Below, in pieces: positions 45,354-61,195 of a stretch of 64,000 nt of DNA. Every line of letters starts with the position of its first letter. Positions within the stretch are counted from its first letter, which is position 1. Source of the DNA: Paraspadella gotoi (taxonomy: Eukaryota > Animalia > Chaetognatha); assembly GCA_051294375.1 (NCBI GenBank), contig CM119263.1, positions 12,813,723 through 12,877,722 on the forward strand, in the 5' to 3' direction. Made by a program: the position numbers and the translations under genes. The notes under the pieces were generated by a model. It was not told the origin of the DNA and ran no database searches. It saw only the letters and a program-made list of their open reading frames with translations.

Positions 45354-48300
45354 CAGAGAGAGAGAGATGAGAGAGAGAGAGAAAGAGATAATGAAATTCG
45401 AACTTCAAAAAATGTAAAAAGAAATTTATTTTCATAAATTCGCGAATTCATGGGTTTCTTTGAAGTTTGAACCATCATATTTGAACAGATTTAACTAAAA
45501 GTAATGCTCAACAAAGATGACTGCCATATCACAAAAAAGGTTGATTTCTTGAAATGAACCTTAATTATACATATTGCTTAATCTATTTAAGCATAAGCGT
45601 CCTCAGTCCTATTTGACCAAAAAAAAAAGTTGGATTATCCATTGTTCTTCGCTAGTGAGCAAAGGGTCGTCTGATTGCCAAATAACGAGTCTTGATTCTT
45701 CAAAGAAAAAAAAGAAGAAAAAAAAAAGAAAGAGAAAAAAGTTTCTCCCTCATCTCTCCCCGTTTCTCTCTGTCCTCCCGCGCTTTCCAAGAGATTTTTT
45801 TTCGAGCTAATTACTTGGGTCATTCTTAGTCCTTGGGATTCCATTCCCTCTGCATCCCGGTCGCGCGCCGCGCCCCGCGCCCCGCGCCCCGCGCCGGGAT
45901 CAACCAGACAACCTTACCCCCTTTCCTCCTCCTCCTCCTTCTCCTCCTTATCCACTACTTCTTTCAATGCCCATTTTCTTACTCCCTTTTTCACCCTCAG
46001 TTTCGCCATCCAAACAACCACTGGACTAATGATGTGTGGCGAGAGAATAAATAGATTTTCTGGGACTTTCTTTAACTTCTCACAGAGCCTCAGTCGGAAC
46101 GAGTCAGTCATTTTCCTTTTCCTTTATATTTTTTCTCTTTTTTTTTCAATTTTTTGGTTTCTTGGGTTTTTTCCCTTGAATTTTCTTTTATTATACGTAC
46201 TATACCGTTTACGGATCATAATCCGTTATACGGATAATAATCATTTCATTCGCATTCCTATGTAGTACATCTATGACATCAACGTTTAGACGAGAAACTG
46301 ACGTTGAACAAAAAGTGAACCACAGCCTGGAAAGGTCAGGTAAACTGTGTGAAAAAAGAATTTAGGGAGACAGCGTGGAAACAGACAAAAAAAAGAAAGG
46401 CACGAAAGACGAGGAAGACGACGACGACGACGACGAAGGAGCATTAGTGGACGTCGCGCCTTTGGAAAGAAAACACGGGGTCCATAATTCGATGCCGCAA
46501 AAGGAGACCGAAGAATCTCTTACCAACGCAGGATGAAAGAGAAGGAGAGGCAGGTCAGTAAGAGAAAGAGACGAGGCAAAGTAGGCGTGGAGAAGGAGAG
46601 AGGGAAGCAGAGCTAGTAACTGGCTTTGAAGGAAAGGTGAAAAGAGAGAAGGAGGTGGCGTAGGTTTTTTTTCGAAAAAAGGTGTCGTCCAGTAGAAAAA
46701 AGGCATTAGTGAAACAAAGGAACAAGGAAGGTAAAATATCGTGACCACTTGGCATTGATACGACCAAAAACCCACTAAAATTACACCAAAGAATAAAAAC
46801 AGTAAAAAACGGAGAGTTAAAAAAATTGACGCAAAAAAAAAAAAAAAATAAATAAATGTGAGGGCCAGAATTGAATTCCAATCGTACATAATTCAAAGGT
46901 CAGAGGGAACATTGCAGTCCGATTCCTACTACTACTCGACGAAATTGAATTTGAGCGAAGAAAGAAAAAAAAATATTGAAAAAAAAGGAAGAATCGAGGG
47001 GAAAAAAAAGGAAATTACGAATAAAATTGGAGGAAGATGAAAAGTGGGAGGAAAGAGAATTGGCAAGGAGGGAGGAAATGGGAGAAGGATTAGGAGAGAG
47101 GGAGAGCTGAAAACGAGAGATCGTCAATGGGAAATCGAAAATTATATTATCGCAATCATGTACTGTATTGAGCAGAGCAAAACATACAAAACAGGGACGA
47201 GTAATACATGAACACGAAACAACTATTTTAACGGTAAATTAAATATTTGCGAATAATTTTTCCCTTATACCCCTCTAATGCCAATAATCTCTCTAACTCT
47301 TCTCTCTAGTCTTTTTTCTCTCTCTCTCTCCCTCCCCCCCTCTTCTCTCATTCTAATGGCGGACTGATTCCCATTAATTTCCCAGTTCGCCAGGGGATCT
47401 CCTCATAAAGATGACGGGCTCGATTTTCGGGACCATAACCGCGTTATTTAATTCCGCGCTGCATCGGATTGTGTGAGGCACAAAACCATCTACAGCAAAT
47501 CCACGGCATCATTAAATCGTCCACAGTTCGATCTTTAGCCGCAGTACCTCCGCAGGACCGGATAATCCGCGGAGCAGCATTAGATTTTCGCGCAGCAGCG
47601 TCTGCGGAGAATCCTTCGATAGAACGTTGAGCTCGCCCTTCTTCTGTTCTTAATTGGGGTCGGCGTCGACGTCGTGGCATTGTCATTTTCTTTGCTTTTT
47701 CATCGTTGGCTGCCAACTCCATGCAGAATTTTTTTTTTTCTTCTTAATGATTTTTTTTTCTCGTTTTCTTTATTTTTCTTCTTTTGAGATTCTTTTGATT
47801 TCTCGTCGCGATTTTCCACCCACACTTTTATTANNNNNNNNNNNNNNNNNNNNNNNNNNNNNNNNNNNNNNNNNNNNNNNNNNNNNNNNNNNNNNNNNNN
47901 NNNNNNNNNNNNNNNNNNNNNNNNNNNNNNNNNNNNNNNNNNNNNNNNNNNNNNNNNNNNNNNNNNNNNNNNNNNNNNNNNNNNNNNNNNNNNNNNNNNN
48001 NNNNNNNNNNNNNNNNNNNNNNNNNNNNNNNCCCCCCCCAACCGCCTTAAAACAAACCCTCCTCCACCTCGCCTCTCCATTTAAACCCTTCCTTTTCTTC
48101 TTTCTCGTTCTGGTTCGGTCGGGAGGTCACGCGTTCGAGGTCGACCGTTATAACTTAACGCCGATTTGAAGAGTGGGAATGGAACAACAGAAAAGGAAAG
48201 AATAACAACAACAACAGAAAACACCCGATTCTCCTCTGTGACTTTGGGGTTTTTTCGAGGCGACACAAGAAACAAGGCGGGCGAAAAAAAAAGTGTGGGA

Positions 48301-48472
48301 AAAAAAAAAACAGCGGGAACTCGTTTATGACCAAAATATTTCGCCTACAAGCCATAAAGCCACTGTGGCTAGCCGCTCATTTTTAGGAGAAAAAACCCAT
48401 AAACGGATGAGAAGCAAAAATTCGCAGAGGATTACTAGATAGAGAGGGAGGCGAAACAGACAGAGGGAAAAC

Positions 48473-48529
<57 letters not shown>

Positions 48530-49161
48530 ATAGTCGAGGGAAAAGAGGACAAAAGGCTGGAAAAGAAAAAAAAATGTTAGGATCGAAGAAAAAGGAGGAC
48601 GTGATAAGAAAAGAAAATGAAAAAAGAAAAGATGGCGAAGGAAGAGATGGGAAAGTGAAAAAACAAAAAAAAATATTTAGAAAGAAAAAAATCGAAAGAA
48701 GAAAAATAGAAGCTCCGAGGAAAATAGCGAGATGACACCGAGAGGCTTTAAATCAATAACGACAACCACAACACCGCCTCGAACTGAGGACGCATAAAAG
48801 GAGACGAGAAAGGCCGAGAGGGGGCGAAGGCCTTTCGAGGCGCGATGGAATAGGGCGGGAGGGTGAGGGAAAAGAGAGGTTCTAATTCGGGAAACTCAGA
48901 TCGAAATGAAGGGCGGGTGGGTGGATCGGGAGCTGACAAGCGAGTCAGTCGGGAAAAGAACAATCAGAGAGTGAGAGAGAGAGAAAGCAAGAAAATACAG
49001 AAATAAAGCAAGGAAAGTCAGAAATATAGGAGAGGAAAACAAAAAAAGATAGAGAAAGAGTATCTTACATACTTCGTTCGTTGTTTTCCAGTTTTTCTTT
49101 CGTTCCCCATTTTCCTCACCACTTTCCTGAAGCGTCAACAGAGAAAGAGAAACAGAGAGAT

Positions 49162-49249
<88 letters not shown>

Positions 49250-49571
49250 TCACCATTGAGGTGGGTCTACGCAGGAACGAGAAGCCACGCCCCCAGACGT
49301 GAAACGACAGACGCTCCTCTCGTCATTTTTCGGTGACCCTTTTCAAGGATGAGCGAGGGCCCTTCTCTCGGTCCGTCCCGCGTGGTCTTTGCCGTTGGCG
49401 TCTTCGTCGGTCACATCGTCGTCGGCGTCGCTCCAATTTTTCTTTCCCGTTTTCGCGTCTGTCAACCTCGCGTCTGCCTTTCCGGGTCAGTTTCACCGTG
49501 TCGTTGTCCCTTTGTCATTTTCCGCTCGTCATCGTCACGGTTATATGACAGCGAGTGTCAGGTCAGGAAAT

Positions 49572-49646
<75 letters not shown>

Positions 49647-52414
49647 AAGAGAGAGAGAGTGAGAGAGTATAAAATAAATGGAAGAAATAAAAAAGTTTAC
49701 TAGAAAAAGGACAAAATTTCAAAAGAAATGAAGCATAAAAAATGTGCAGTCTAAAGAGAGAAAAAGGACAAGCGAAACAAGAACCCATCTGCCACGAATA
49801 GGCAATCGATCCACAATATTTATAAACAGATCCTAGTTGGTTACAGTCATATAAGAACGAAGGTACTTTGAAAATGCACGTATTCCCCTAAATTTGCCAG
49901 TGGCGCCATTAGAGGATCCCACCCAAGGCACCCCATGCTTTCAGGGTCAATAGGTCTCTCTTAGGTCCGAAAGGTGAGAAAACATTGTTTTCAAAACGAA
50001 GGGTGAAGCGGTTGGAAGGTGAGAAATCCTCAGTGGGTAGAGTCGGAAAAGGAAACGATTTTATAGGGAGCACAAAGAAAATGACACCAGGGGCAAATTA
50101 GCTTATTTTTTAAATGAATGGATATTGGATAATCTTTATATTGGTCGCACCAATTTCATAAAATTCAGCTCGTTCTATGATGCTAGTGTGGAGTACAATA
50201 TAGTATTTCTCGAATTCATACAATTGAAACATTCTTTGAAATACTATACCACTTCATTGATGGGGAAGCCAGGTACTCTGGGAGTGATTAAACAAGACTG
50301 AGTGAGAGTCTTGATTGAAAGCTTGATAGAGGCCTTCAACCACCAAAGCCTGTCCAAAGTGAGAGGCACGATAGCTTATTCATTAAATGAATGGATAAAT
50401 TNNNNNNNNNNNNNNNNNNNNNNNNNNNNNNNNNNNNNNNNNNNNNNNNNNNNNNNNNNNNNNNNNNNNNNNNNNNNNNNNNNNNNNNNNNNNNNNNNNN
50501 NNNNNNNNNNNNNNNNNNNNNNNNNNNNNNNNNNNNNNNNNNNNNNNNNNNNNNNNNNNNNNNNNNNNNNNNNNNNNNNNNNNNNNNNNNNNNNNNNNNN
50601 NNNNNNNNNNNNNNNNNNNNNNNNNNNNNNNNNNNNNNNNNNNNNNNNNNNNNNNNNNNNNNNNNNNNNNNNNNNNNNNNNNNNNNNNNNNNNNNNNNNN
50701 NNNNNNNNNNNNNNNNNNNNNNNNNNNNNNNNNNNNNNNNNNNNNNNNNNNNNNNNNNNNNNNNNNNNNNNNNNNNNNNNNNNNNNNNNNNNNNNNNNNN
50801 NNNNNNNNNNNNNNNNNNNNNNNNNNNNNNNNNNNNNNNNNNNNNNNNNNNNNNNNNNNNNNNNNNNNNNNNNNNNNNNNNNNNNNNNCGAGGCAAGGCG
50901 TCTCGCCTTATTCAAATGCGTTTAAGTTTAGGAGAGCGTTAAACGTCTCTAATTTTCTCAGAGGATGTTTTCTATTAAAATGAGAAAGAGAAGAGAAAAT
51001 CTTCCCCGAGGTCTGACGTTACTCTTTACAGTTTCAATTTCATTCTCGATGTCTTTAATGGTGTTATTGCCTTCATTGACGAGCGGGGAAAAAAGCATAA
51101 AACGTCTTCAGAAAATTTGTTGCTCTTCAGCCTTTTTAACTTTGAAGCAAGAATCTCGACAGTGGAAATTGCGCTTTATTACTCGAGGGAAAAAGAAAAC
51201 TCGTTGCATTTCTTTGTATTTTTTTTAAAATAGACTTAAAAAAAAAAACTATTTCCCGTATTTAACTTTAAAACTTTCTTCCGTGAACTAGGAAAGGAGA
51301 GAGAAAAGAATGGAACGGAAAACGAGAAGAAAAAAAAAGTGGGAGCGTGAATAAGTGATCAAGACTAACGAGGCGAAAATTCGGACTTTCTCTCTTCCTC
51401 TCTCTGTCTCCCTTTTCGTTCCACATATGGCTTTTTTTTTTTAAATTTCTATATATTTTTTTTCTTCATCCATCTATCCGTTTTTGTTCAGCGGTTTTCG
51501 TTTTCCTTTTGTTCTTGATTATTTTTTTCCTGCATTGTCTTTTAATAGACGCCGTTTTTCTCTATGATCTACCCTCAGGCTAAGTAGAGTTTGCTTGAAA
51601 ATGTAAATTATCTCTCTCNNNNNNNNNNNNNNNNNNNNNNNNNNNNNNNNNNNNNNNNNNNNNNNNNNNNNNNNNNNNNNNNNNNNNNNNNNNNNNNNNN
51701 NNNNNNNNNNNNNNNNNNNNNNNNNNNNNNNNNNNNNNNNNNNNNNNNNNNNNNNNNNNNNNNNNNNNNNNNNNNNNNNNNNNNNNNNNNNNNNNNNNNN
51801 NNNNNNNNNNNNNNNNNNNNNNNNNNNNNNNNNNNNNNNNNNNNNNNNNNNNNNNNNNNNNNNNNNNNNNNNNNNNNNNNNNNNAAAAAAAAAAAAAATT
51901 AATAGGTTTTGTATTTCATTTTATTTAGCTGCGAACAATAAATAACAAAAAAGAGGGACTTCTTCTACGTCAAGCAGTATAGTTACTACTGAACGACATA
52001 GATGTCGCTGTTCTTCGACGCTTTACAACCGAGCACTTCCTTCAAAGCACGTTTAACTTCGCACCTCCCTCACTCTTACGGTCTTACCCAGCTTCACCGG
52101 GTGATTAGGATCACCCATTCCTTTCCCGTTCAGTATCGCTTCAACCGTTCCGAATAATTTTTCACGAGATTCATTATTGCCTTTTCTCGCGAATAGCCTA
52201 TAAAACAAAAACAGAGCAGAGAGAGAGAGAGGAGAAGAGAGAGAGAACGAGAGGAGAAGCAGAGAGAGAGAGAGAGAAGGGGTGGACAGGAGAGAGAGAG
52301 AGAGAGAAAGAGAGAGAAGATGAGAGAGAGAGGAGAGAGAGAGAGAGAGAAGAGGGTGAAGATGAGGGTAGGAAAGAGAGAAGAGAGAGAGAGAAAAGAG
52401 AGAGAGAGGAGAGA

Positions 52415-52463
<49 letters not shown>

Positions 52464-53027
52464 ATTTACAGACTCAAACGAGGCAGACCGGCGAAGGCCG
52501 ATTGGCGTTCGCGGGGTGTGCGTTATGACGCGGCTCCACCAGGGAAAGATTAAAGGGATCCGAGGGCGGACTGGTCCATGGGTCGGGGGCGTGAATTGCG
52601 CGATGGGAGAGTGAGACGCGGTCCCCGTGGGAGTGGGGGTGGGGTGGTGGGGAAGAGGTTTGGTTTGTGGACGATTCTCTGGGGTCGAATAAAAAGTAGA
52701 GTGCAGAGCGATTTACTCGTTGACTCGAAGACTTTAAAACAAGAAGAAACCCAGAACAAAACAAAATAAAAAACAGACGGGCGAATATATAGAAAGAGAA
52801 AACCTAAAGAAAAAATGTAGAAAAAAAATAAATTTAAATAAAAACCAAAAATGAAATCTTTGATGACCTTATTAAAAATTCTTTAAGAGATCGTTTTTAC
52901 TCAGCGCCGCCTTAAAAATCTGATAAAACGTGAGTGATGCCAGCGAGAAGAAAACCGCTCTCGTGCAGTCAATGTGTTATTAGTCGAGTGAATGTGAGAA
53001 AGCAGAGAAGGAGAGAGAGTAAGAGAG

Positions 53028-53065
<38 letters not shown>

Positions 53066-55149
53066 GAGAGAGAGAGAGAGAGAGACTGAGGACGAGAGAG
53101 AGAGAGAGAATGAGGAAAAAGAAAAATATCGGCCCCCGCGTTTTGCGTGATATACGACGTTGAGTTGTCAAGTTTGGGGTCGGAAACCCGTCGGGGTTTG
53201 GAGGTTTACCACTGGAGGGCGTTGTCGACGAAATACGGGAATTCGGGATTTTCTCCAATTGCTTCAATTAGTTAATTCTTAATTGTTAATAGCAGGTGAA
53301 CTAGGTCGCACTCGGCAGACAGGGAAAAAATTGTGTTTGACTTTTGTGGACCATGGTATAAATGATATACATGGGATTGTGACTAATGTGACTTGTATCT
53401 TTAGATTAGAATAATTTATTTTCAAAGAAAAGCAGCGATGTCCTGATATTGGCGAGCAAGGGAAATAAAGAAAAAGAAAAAAAAGGAATATATTTTCAGA
53501 GTCATGATTCTGGCAGGATTAGATTCAATTAGATTTTATGTTTGCACCTGAGAGGAAGACTGAAGTCTTCGAAGTACTGTGCTAATTCATTATGAATAAA
53601 TTATTATTTCTACTAAGTTTCAATTTTTCTTCCGGTATGCAAAGACCGAATCTATTCTCAGCTATCAATTGAAAAAAAGGAAATTGTCGTACTGATTGGT
53701 CTTCGTCCCGCGACATTTTCAACCTTTGGACCGGAAATCATCAAATGTCTCGGTTCTAAACCAAAATGTCACGAGTTCGCGAGTTTCGATGTGACGTTTG
53801 ACGCCAGAGATTTCACTCAACCAAAATGTAGACGCTTCTTTTTTTTGCTGAGAAATATTCAAGTCAGACGGGATTTTTTCTTAAAAAATTTCTATCGTAA
53901 GTTTAACCCTTTAACCTTTACTTATGTTAAGTTTAAAACAATATATTTTTGTCTTGATTCATAATTATTCTCGAAACAGATACCGACATAAATAAAACTA
54001 GCTTTGAAAATTTATACTATGGAAACCCTAAATTTGGTGATTTGTGTTGTAAGAGTTGAGATGTGAGACTCGAGATATCCCACGAGGTCGATTTACGCGG
54101 TGTGAAACGGGGCGTGTCGCGGTGAGAAAGGACAGGACAGAAAGTCGGTAAGGGGTGAGTAAGATAGGACAGAAGAGCGATCCCGACGGAGACAGAAAGA
54201 GGTCGTGAGAGGAAAAAAGGTGATGAAGTGAGGAGAGTGAATGGTGGAAAGATTAAGATGTTGGAAATATTGAGAAATAGTGGAAAGATATAAATCAAGA
54301 AACATATCAGTTGAACGAAATACTTCACGGTAGATGATGACAGAAAGGAAAAAAAAGACGGGGGTTAACAGTTGCGTGTAAATGTCGGTCGATTTGGCGG
54401 AGCGCCACGCCCCTCATTCGAAAAAATATCACCAGGAGTTTTCAGACTTTTCAGGGGGGAAAGTTTAAGGACGAAATCGGAGAAATGGGAGAAAAGGAGA
54501 AAAGAGAAGAGATAAAAGATGGTGATGGTGATGGAGAAGACGATGTTGATGAACGCAAGGAGAATAAAGAGGGAAAAACTAAATTATCTAAGTATAAAGA
54601 TATGGAGATGAGAAATGGAATATTTATAAATTGAAAGATAAAGGCTATGACAAGAGGAAGATGAGAATAAAGTCGAAGGTGAAGATGAAATTAGAAAAAA
54701 AAAGAAGATGAAGAGGAGGAAGATGAAGTCGAGGAAAGCGACGAGAAGGTAGAAGAATCTCGAAATTGGATTCGGGAGACAAAAAAAAAAAAAAGAAAAA
54801 AGGAAAAGAGAAGCGAGGATCCGCGATCCCTCCCTGACCTTTCCCCCCGCGATCCCTCCCCGGGTTCCTCCATCATCAAGATAACATAAACCCCTGCGAG
54901 AATAAAGAGATGTTATTACGTCGAAGGAAGAAAGGGAGAAAAATTTGAAAAAGAGAGTGGGAAGAGAGAGAGAGAGGAAGAAGGTGACACGGTAAGGAAG
55001 GGAAAGATAGAGAGAGAGAGGAGAGAGAAGCGACAGACGGCGAATGAAAAGCTTTTGTGCGCGAGAGAAGAAAGAACTACGTCGGGACTAAGGACAAGCA
55101 GGAGAGCAGAAGTAAAAAGAAAGACGAGAGAGAGAGAGAGAGAAGAGGG

Positions 55150-55202
<53 letters not shown>

Positions 55203-56509
55203 CGCGAGGTTTTCGTCGATAGTCCTAAACGTTTTGTAATCGTTTTGTACTATTTAACAACAATTTTGACTTTTTCAACAGTTCTAGGTTTACTGCTTAG
55301 AAGAAATTGAAATCTTTTCAAAAGTTTTTTTTTAATGTCGTCGTCGTTATCCTTTATTTGTTAGTGACTTTTATCTTGACCTTTTTTCGTCAATTTTTTT
55401 TTTGCTGACGTCAGGTAAATCAAAGAAAATAAAAAGAGAAAAAAAACCAAAAAAACAAAAAACAAAACTAGAAAAACAAAAGAGAAATTCGAAAACTCGA
55501 TTTGGCGCCGAAGAAAATGGCGGAGGAGATGGAAAGGCACTCACCAATGTGCTACTCTCTCGCACGCGAATCTTCCCAGGGTTAGGGTCGAACGAGCAAG
55601 GATTTGGTAGGGATGGGTGGCGAGGAAAGGGCGGCGGGGTGGGGAGGGAAAGTGGAAAAAGGAGAGAACGAAATCTTCAAGTGCCACAACATTCGAGAAA
55701 ATGCTTCTCAGATAAAGCCTATCGAGCTTGATTACGGTGAGTCAGGGTAAGGCATCGCCTTGAGAATGAGATAAGATTTGAAGCGCTGCTAAAGTACGGA
55801 ACTCACCATTCAATAAAAAAACTTTTTGAAACATTTTTAATAATCAGTTGGAATTTTGTCCGAGTATAAAATTTGGAGAAAAAAGGGAATTAAGGTGTCC
55901 CCCTTCCGTTTTCGCGCCAACGAACTTTTAAAGTTCCTCTTCTAAAAATAAGACCTCGAAAAAAAAAGAAGAAATAATTGTCGAAATCGAAAAAAAAAAA
56001 ACTTACTGAAGAAGACGAGAATCTATTCCCGACAGAGAAGAACACATCCAGAGATCTTAATTTTCTTCTCGAGCCAAGAGTCACTATAGTTATTTTCGCT
56101 TAAAAACTATAAATCCCGAGAAAAACGTGAGACACTTTCGGATAATGATGACGACGGAAGAGACGATAACGAAAGCGACGACGAAATAATCCGATAAACG
56201 TCCATCCGTCGACGTCGTTGCCATGACGACGGCCGTAGGTAGTGCGTGCCAGTGCGTGTCTTCTTGCCAAGTGATTGAGGGCATTTAAAAATGTACTGAG
56301 AGTTTGCTTGTTCCAGTTAAGAAACGTAAAGGTAGAACGGATGAATACGAGATGTATAATAGTACAACGGGGCTATTCTGAGAAAATGTATTACTTCTGA
56401 AGGGCGAAGTCAATCGATGGATGAATGAATGAATTATAAAACGAACGAAAATTTGAAAAGAAAATAATACATCGAGTTAATTTTAATCTCGTAAATCCGG
56501 CAAAAAAAA

Positions 56510-56636
56510 AAGTAATATGTATTAAGTAAACATTAAGTTAAACATTAAGTTAAACATTAAGTTATATGTAAAAAAAGTATAAGTATAAGTAAAAAAGTAA
56601 TATGTATTAAGTAAACATTAAGTTAACATATAAGTT
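56510..56636. repeat. AT-rich minisatellite (TAAACATTAAGT units within a ~85-bp duplication)
   Basis: AAGTAATATGTATTAAGTAAACATTAAGTTAA occurs twice, with internal 11-12-bp repeats. Confidence 0.75.
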
Positions 56637-58883
56637 TTAACGCGAACATTAATCGACTCTCTTGCGAGCCAGCGATATCGATATCGACTGAGAGTTCGTG
56701 AGTCCGAGGTATGTCGAGATATGTCGAGGTATGCCGAGGTATGCCACGACGGTCGCCAAAGTTCAAAGTTTAAAAAAAAAAGGAAACAGCAATGGTTGAT
56801 ACAACGAAGTCCTTCGCCGATGAGTACGACACACGTCGTGCCTTGTCGCTCTCGGGTTCGAGCTTCGTTCCTTCACATTTCTCGGTTGCCTTGGTAACCG
56901 AAGACGAGTTGCCATCGCACTTCGTCCTGGTTACCGAGAACGGGCGCGCGGTCGGGAAACGCCCGCCGTTGCCAATGCCATCCCGTTGCCACGACGACGA
57001 CAGAGAAACGGGGAAACATAAGTGCCGTTATGGGGAAAATCTTTTATAGGACTTGGCGAAAATTCGGAGGCATCGCTTGAAGGAAGACTTTTGGAAGAGA
57101 GATGGAGGAGCAATTGCGAGGTAGCTGGTGGTTGTTTGTCAAACAAACGTTATTACAGTTGCTATTACAACGAAAATTACACGAACCAATTTCGCAAAGC
57201 GTAGTCTAAATCGGTCGCCGATTTCACTGACGAATTTACTTAGCTTGAATCGCCGTGTAAATTTTTGGATGGGAGTCTAATGTGTTGGAGAGACATAGGG
57301 TGGTTGCGGTGGTAAAATTAGTCAGGTGTTCAGAAGTAGGGTCCGTAAATTTAAAGACTTTAAAGAATTTATTCTTTTAATTTACTGGCAGTTGTTTCAA
57401 TTTATTCTTGGATATTTTAACAAATTTAGCCCACGGTCGCACATCTAATGGTAATCACGTAAAATCATATTTTGTTGAATTATTTTTCAGTTTGTCGAGT
57501 TTTTTTTTTTCGAGAAACGAACCAACAAATTTGCCATTCGAAAAGAAAAGGAAAAATTAATATTTGGCTCCATCTCCGAAGAATCGAAATAAAAAAATAT
57601 TTCTCGTTTTGTCGTTTATTGGCTCATAATAGTGAACAACGCATATTATTTTAGAAAAGAAAAATATATTTCGGTTAAGGATAAGTACAAAAATGATACT
57701 GAACAAAAAAACAAAAATTGACTCGAGCATTATCTACTTTAATGACAATTACGTCGACGACGACGAAAACTACGACACACGATTATTTTTTGATAAATAT
57801 TTCGCGGTAAAATAGAAAATTAAATATTCTCGTGGGAGAAGAAAATCGACTGTTATTCGGGGGAAAAAGCGAAAGGGGGAAAAATGATGAAATTTTCCCT
57901 TAGCTCATAAGGGAAACAAATTAATAAAAATTTAATGAAAAGCGGTAAAGGTTTTGCCAGGAAAGGTAAGGCAATGTGGGATGATAGTATATCTCAAAAT
58001 AGAATTTTACCAGAAACATTAAATGTATTTTTAGCATCTCAGCGAAGTCACGATTCGTGACTTAAAGAGCGGAAAAAAAAATCGCGGTTCAGAATAAAGC
58101 TTATAAAAAAAAAGAATCCCATCCTGAAAACTCGCCAATGATGGCGTCCGACCATAATCCCCATCATTTGAGCCATTGTGGCGCGATGCGAAGGCACGAG
58201 AATGGAAAAAAGAAAGAAAATAGGGTGAAAAAGGGGAAGAAAAAAAAAAAGAAAAAGAAAAAGATAAAGCAAAAAAAAAAGAGTCCGATTTGAATGAGAA
58301 AGAAACCTTTTTTAATATCATTACGCGAAGGCGAAACTCGCGATTTTTCCCGCCACTACCGCCGCCGGCGTCAACAGCGTCTCTCTCTTTCGCCGACGCT
58401 ACCCACCAATAAAGTGACCTTCTTACGCACCGTCATTCCCTTCGAGGTTCGACCTCATTCCTCGCGAAACCTTAGTGCGTTGCCGGTCCCTCCTCCAGAA
58501 GAGAGCTCCCACCCCACCCCGGCAACCCAGGCCCCCTCCATCATTTTCTTTCTCCCCCACATTGTCCCCGCTTCTTGTTTCTACCCAGTCCTGGTGTCGC
58601 CCCCGGGGAAGTCAGGGCGTGTCACCGGCCGCCAGAGGCGAAGAACCGGGGCCATTGTCAGGCTTATATCGATTAAGCGTCGTTGTCGTCGTCCTCGTCG
58701 CTATCGTCGTCGTCACAGCCAAAGTGGTCGTTACTTCATTGTGTCCGTTTGAGGTCGTTTTTGTGACTAAAAATGTGGATAAAAACAGAATCGACGGTTT
58801 CTGTTTTTTTTCGTCGTTTTTCTAAACTCTCTCTCTCTCTCTCTCTCTCTCTCATTCTCTCTCTCTCTCTCTCTCCTCTCTCT

Positions 58884-58920
<37 letters not shown>

Positions 58921-59532
58921 TCATTGTTTCTCGGCCAACTAACTTCATTAGTTTGTACTTTTTTCGTTTGTTGTTCTAGGAAAATTCTGAATAAATCACA
59001 TATAATTCGATCAACGACACAATGGAATAATATGATCAATTCAAGCTAGGTAAATCTGCGACAATTATTTTGCGTGTAAACCTTAGTAACGTTACTAAAA
59101 ATAGATTTTCAGTCCCCACCAATCGAGCAACATCCGTTTGTTTATATCTGAAGGCAGAATGAAAAAGAAGGAAAATAAATGGACGCGATAAAAATGATAA
59201 ATGAAAATTAGATGAAACCGTGAAACAGAGAAAATTAGATTCATTTCAAATCATATATATATAATATATATAATTAAAAAGAGTAAAACGCAAACAACTA
59301 ATCAAACAAATTCACAGATAGGTAATAGGTAATAGGTAACTGGGGTTCGATGATATTTCTGTCAACAGCATCGCTCATCATACTTAATTCAGCTTAACCT
59401 TAATTACTTTTATACGCACGGGGGAATTGATCGAGACACTAAATGTCAGACTTCCTGGAGCTGATTTCCCTTTGGTGTTTCTCCGTCTCTTTCTCTGCCT
59501 CTTTCCTGCTCTATCTCTATCTTTCAAACTGC

Positions 59533-59585
<53 letters not shown>

Positions 59586-61058
59586 AGGGAAGCAAAGCAG
59601 AGAAGGTTGGCGAGTTGCGTTTTAAATTGCATGTAGAACTGGCTTCGACAGCTTTTAAGTGAAACTGCAAACGTGAAGTGTTTAATTGGTAATGGGAAAA
59701 TAAATGAATTTCCAAGTAAAAAAGTCGCCCCGTTCGTCTTGGCCCTGATCTTCCTTCATTGGCGATGAAGAAGTTACTTTTCTCTTTTGACATGATCATT
59801 TATAACTATTGTAGTGACGAGAGTTTCCAAACTATACTATCAAAGAATAAACTCTTTAAAATAGTAATATATTTTAATTAAATGTAACGTTCCTAATTCA
59901 TATCACCATAATTTAAAAAAAAAATATCATCAGTGTCATCCATGTAATAATTAACGAGACGTAGATTATTACAGTTTAGGAAAAAGATATTCACGAAAAA
60001 ACTAACTGACGATTGAGCGCAAGTTATTGACTCGAACACTAAGGATGACCCGTGGGTCGGGCAAGACAATAAGCTAATGGGGGCTTAAGAAAAGGTTAAT
60101 AGCAAGGCTAAAGGTTAACAACCCTGACAAAGGACTCAATACAATCCGATTCTGCCCTAAAGAATACGGAATTCTTGCAAATAAATACGTATAGAAATTA
60201 GTAAAAATAAACAAAAGCAGTTTAAATTTAAAAAACTTAAACTTTAAAAATATCTTAAATCATAAGCCATTTTTTTATCAAGTGATAAAAATAAAAATTA
60301 GTTGACTAACTCGACCAAGCCAAAAAGCCCTACTGATTTTGAGTCTTCTACAACAATGTCATCGCATAAACCACTATATTAACTACACTTTTAACTTACG
60401 ATACCCTAATGACTGTTATTTTTTCGTTGAGCGGAGAGAGAAAATACGAAAAAAAATTTTGGTTTTTCACACTTAACTTTTATCAGAAATTCACTCGTCT
60501 TCTCTCGTCACATCCTCTGGTTCCGGCCAACGGTTAAAAAAGACAAAATGCGAGAAAGTGGAAAACCAGTTCCAGAGGTGGGGCTGATTTCTCCTTAATA
60601 TCGGGTGAAGTCTCGGGGCGGAAGGCCGGCGTCCATCAGTTCGGCGACGGAGAAGTTGTTGTCGTTGTGGTCGTGTCGTCGTCGCCGTTGTTGTCCGTCG
60701 ACGAAGTTGTTAACTACCGAGTGGAGTCGGTATTTTATCCGTATTTCTCGTTGGACCGTCTTCGACAATATTCGCAACAATATCATTGATGACCATGAAA
60801 GAAGAGGAAGAAAACTAAAGAACAAAAATGAAATCATGTTTAAAAGTGGAGAAAGAAAAAGCGAGAATAATGACGACAAATAAAAAGGAAATTATATTTA
60901 TTAATTAATTAATAAAAATACATTTTAAAAAACTCAAAATGCGAAGTAGAAAAAAATTCAATGGGAATGATTTTTATAAATAGTTTGTGAATTGACAAAG
61001 ATCGACCGAGAAAATGAAAAAAAGAAGAGCGAAAATCTAGGCGGAGAAATAAAAAGAA

Positions 61059-61195
<137 letters not shown>

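Noticed and set aside
41701-51902. Long ORFs containing X runs
   Set aside because: Artefacts of translating across N gaps.
53545-53582. CTGAGAG-GAAGAC-TGAA-GTCTTC-GAAG hammerhead-like hairpin
   Set aside because: Both core segments deviate from consensus and there is no stem III or cleavage triplet.
56090-57260. GC-richer islands with short ORFs on both strands (also 38425-38667, 47385-47630, 49330-49560, 58330-58750, 63514-63798)
   Set aside because: No recognisable domain, no consistent splice or phase chain, and several frames are equally plausible.
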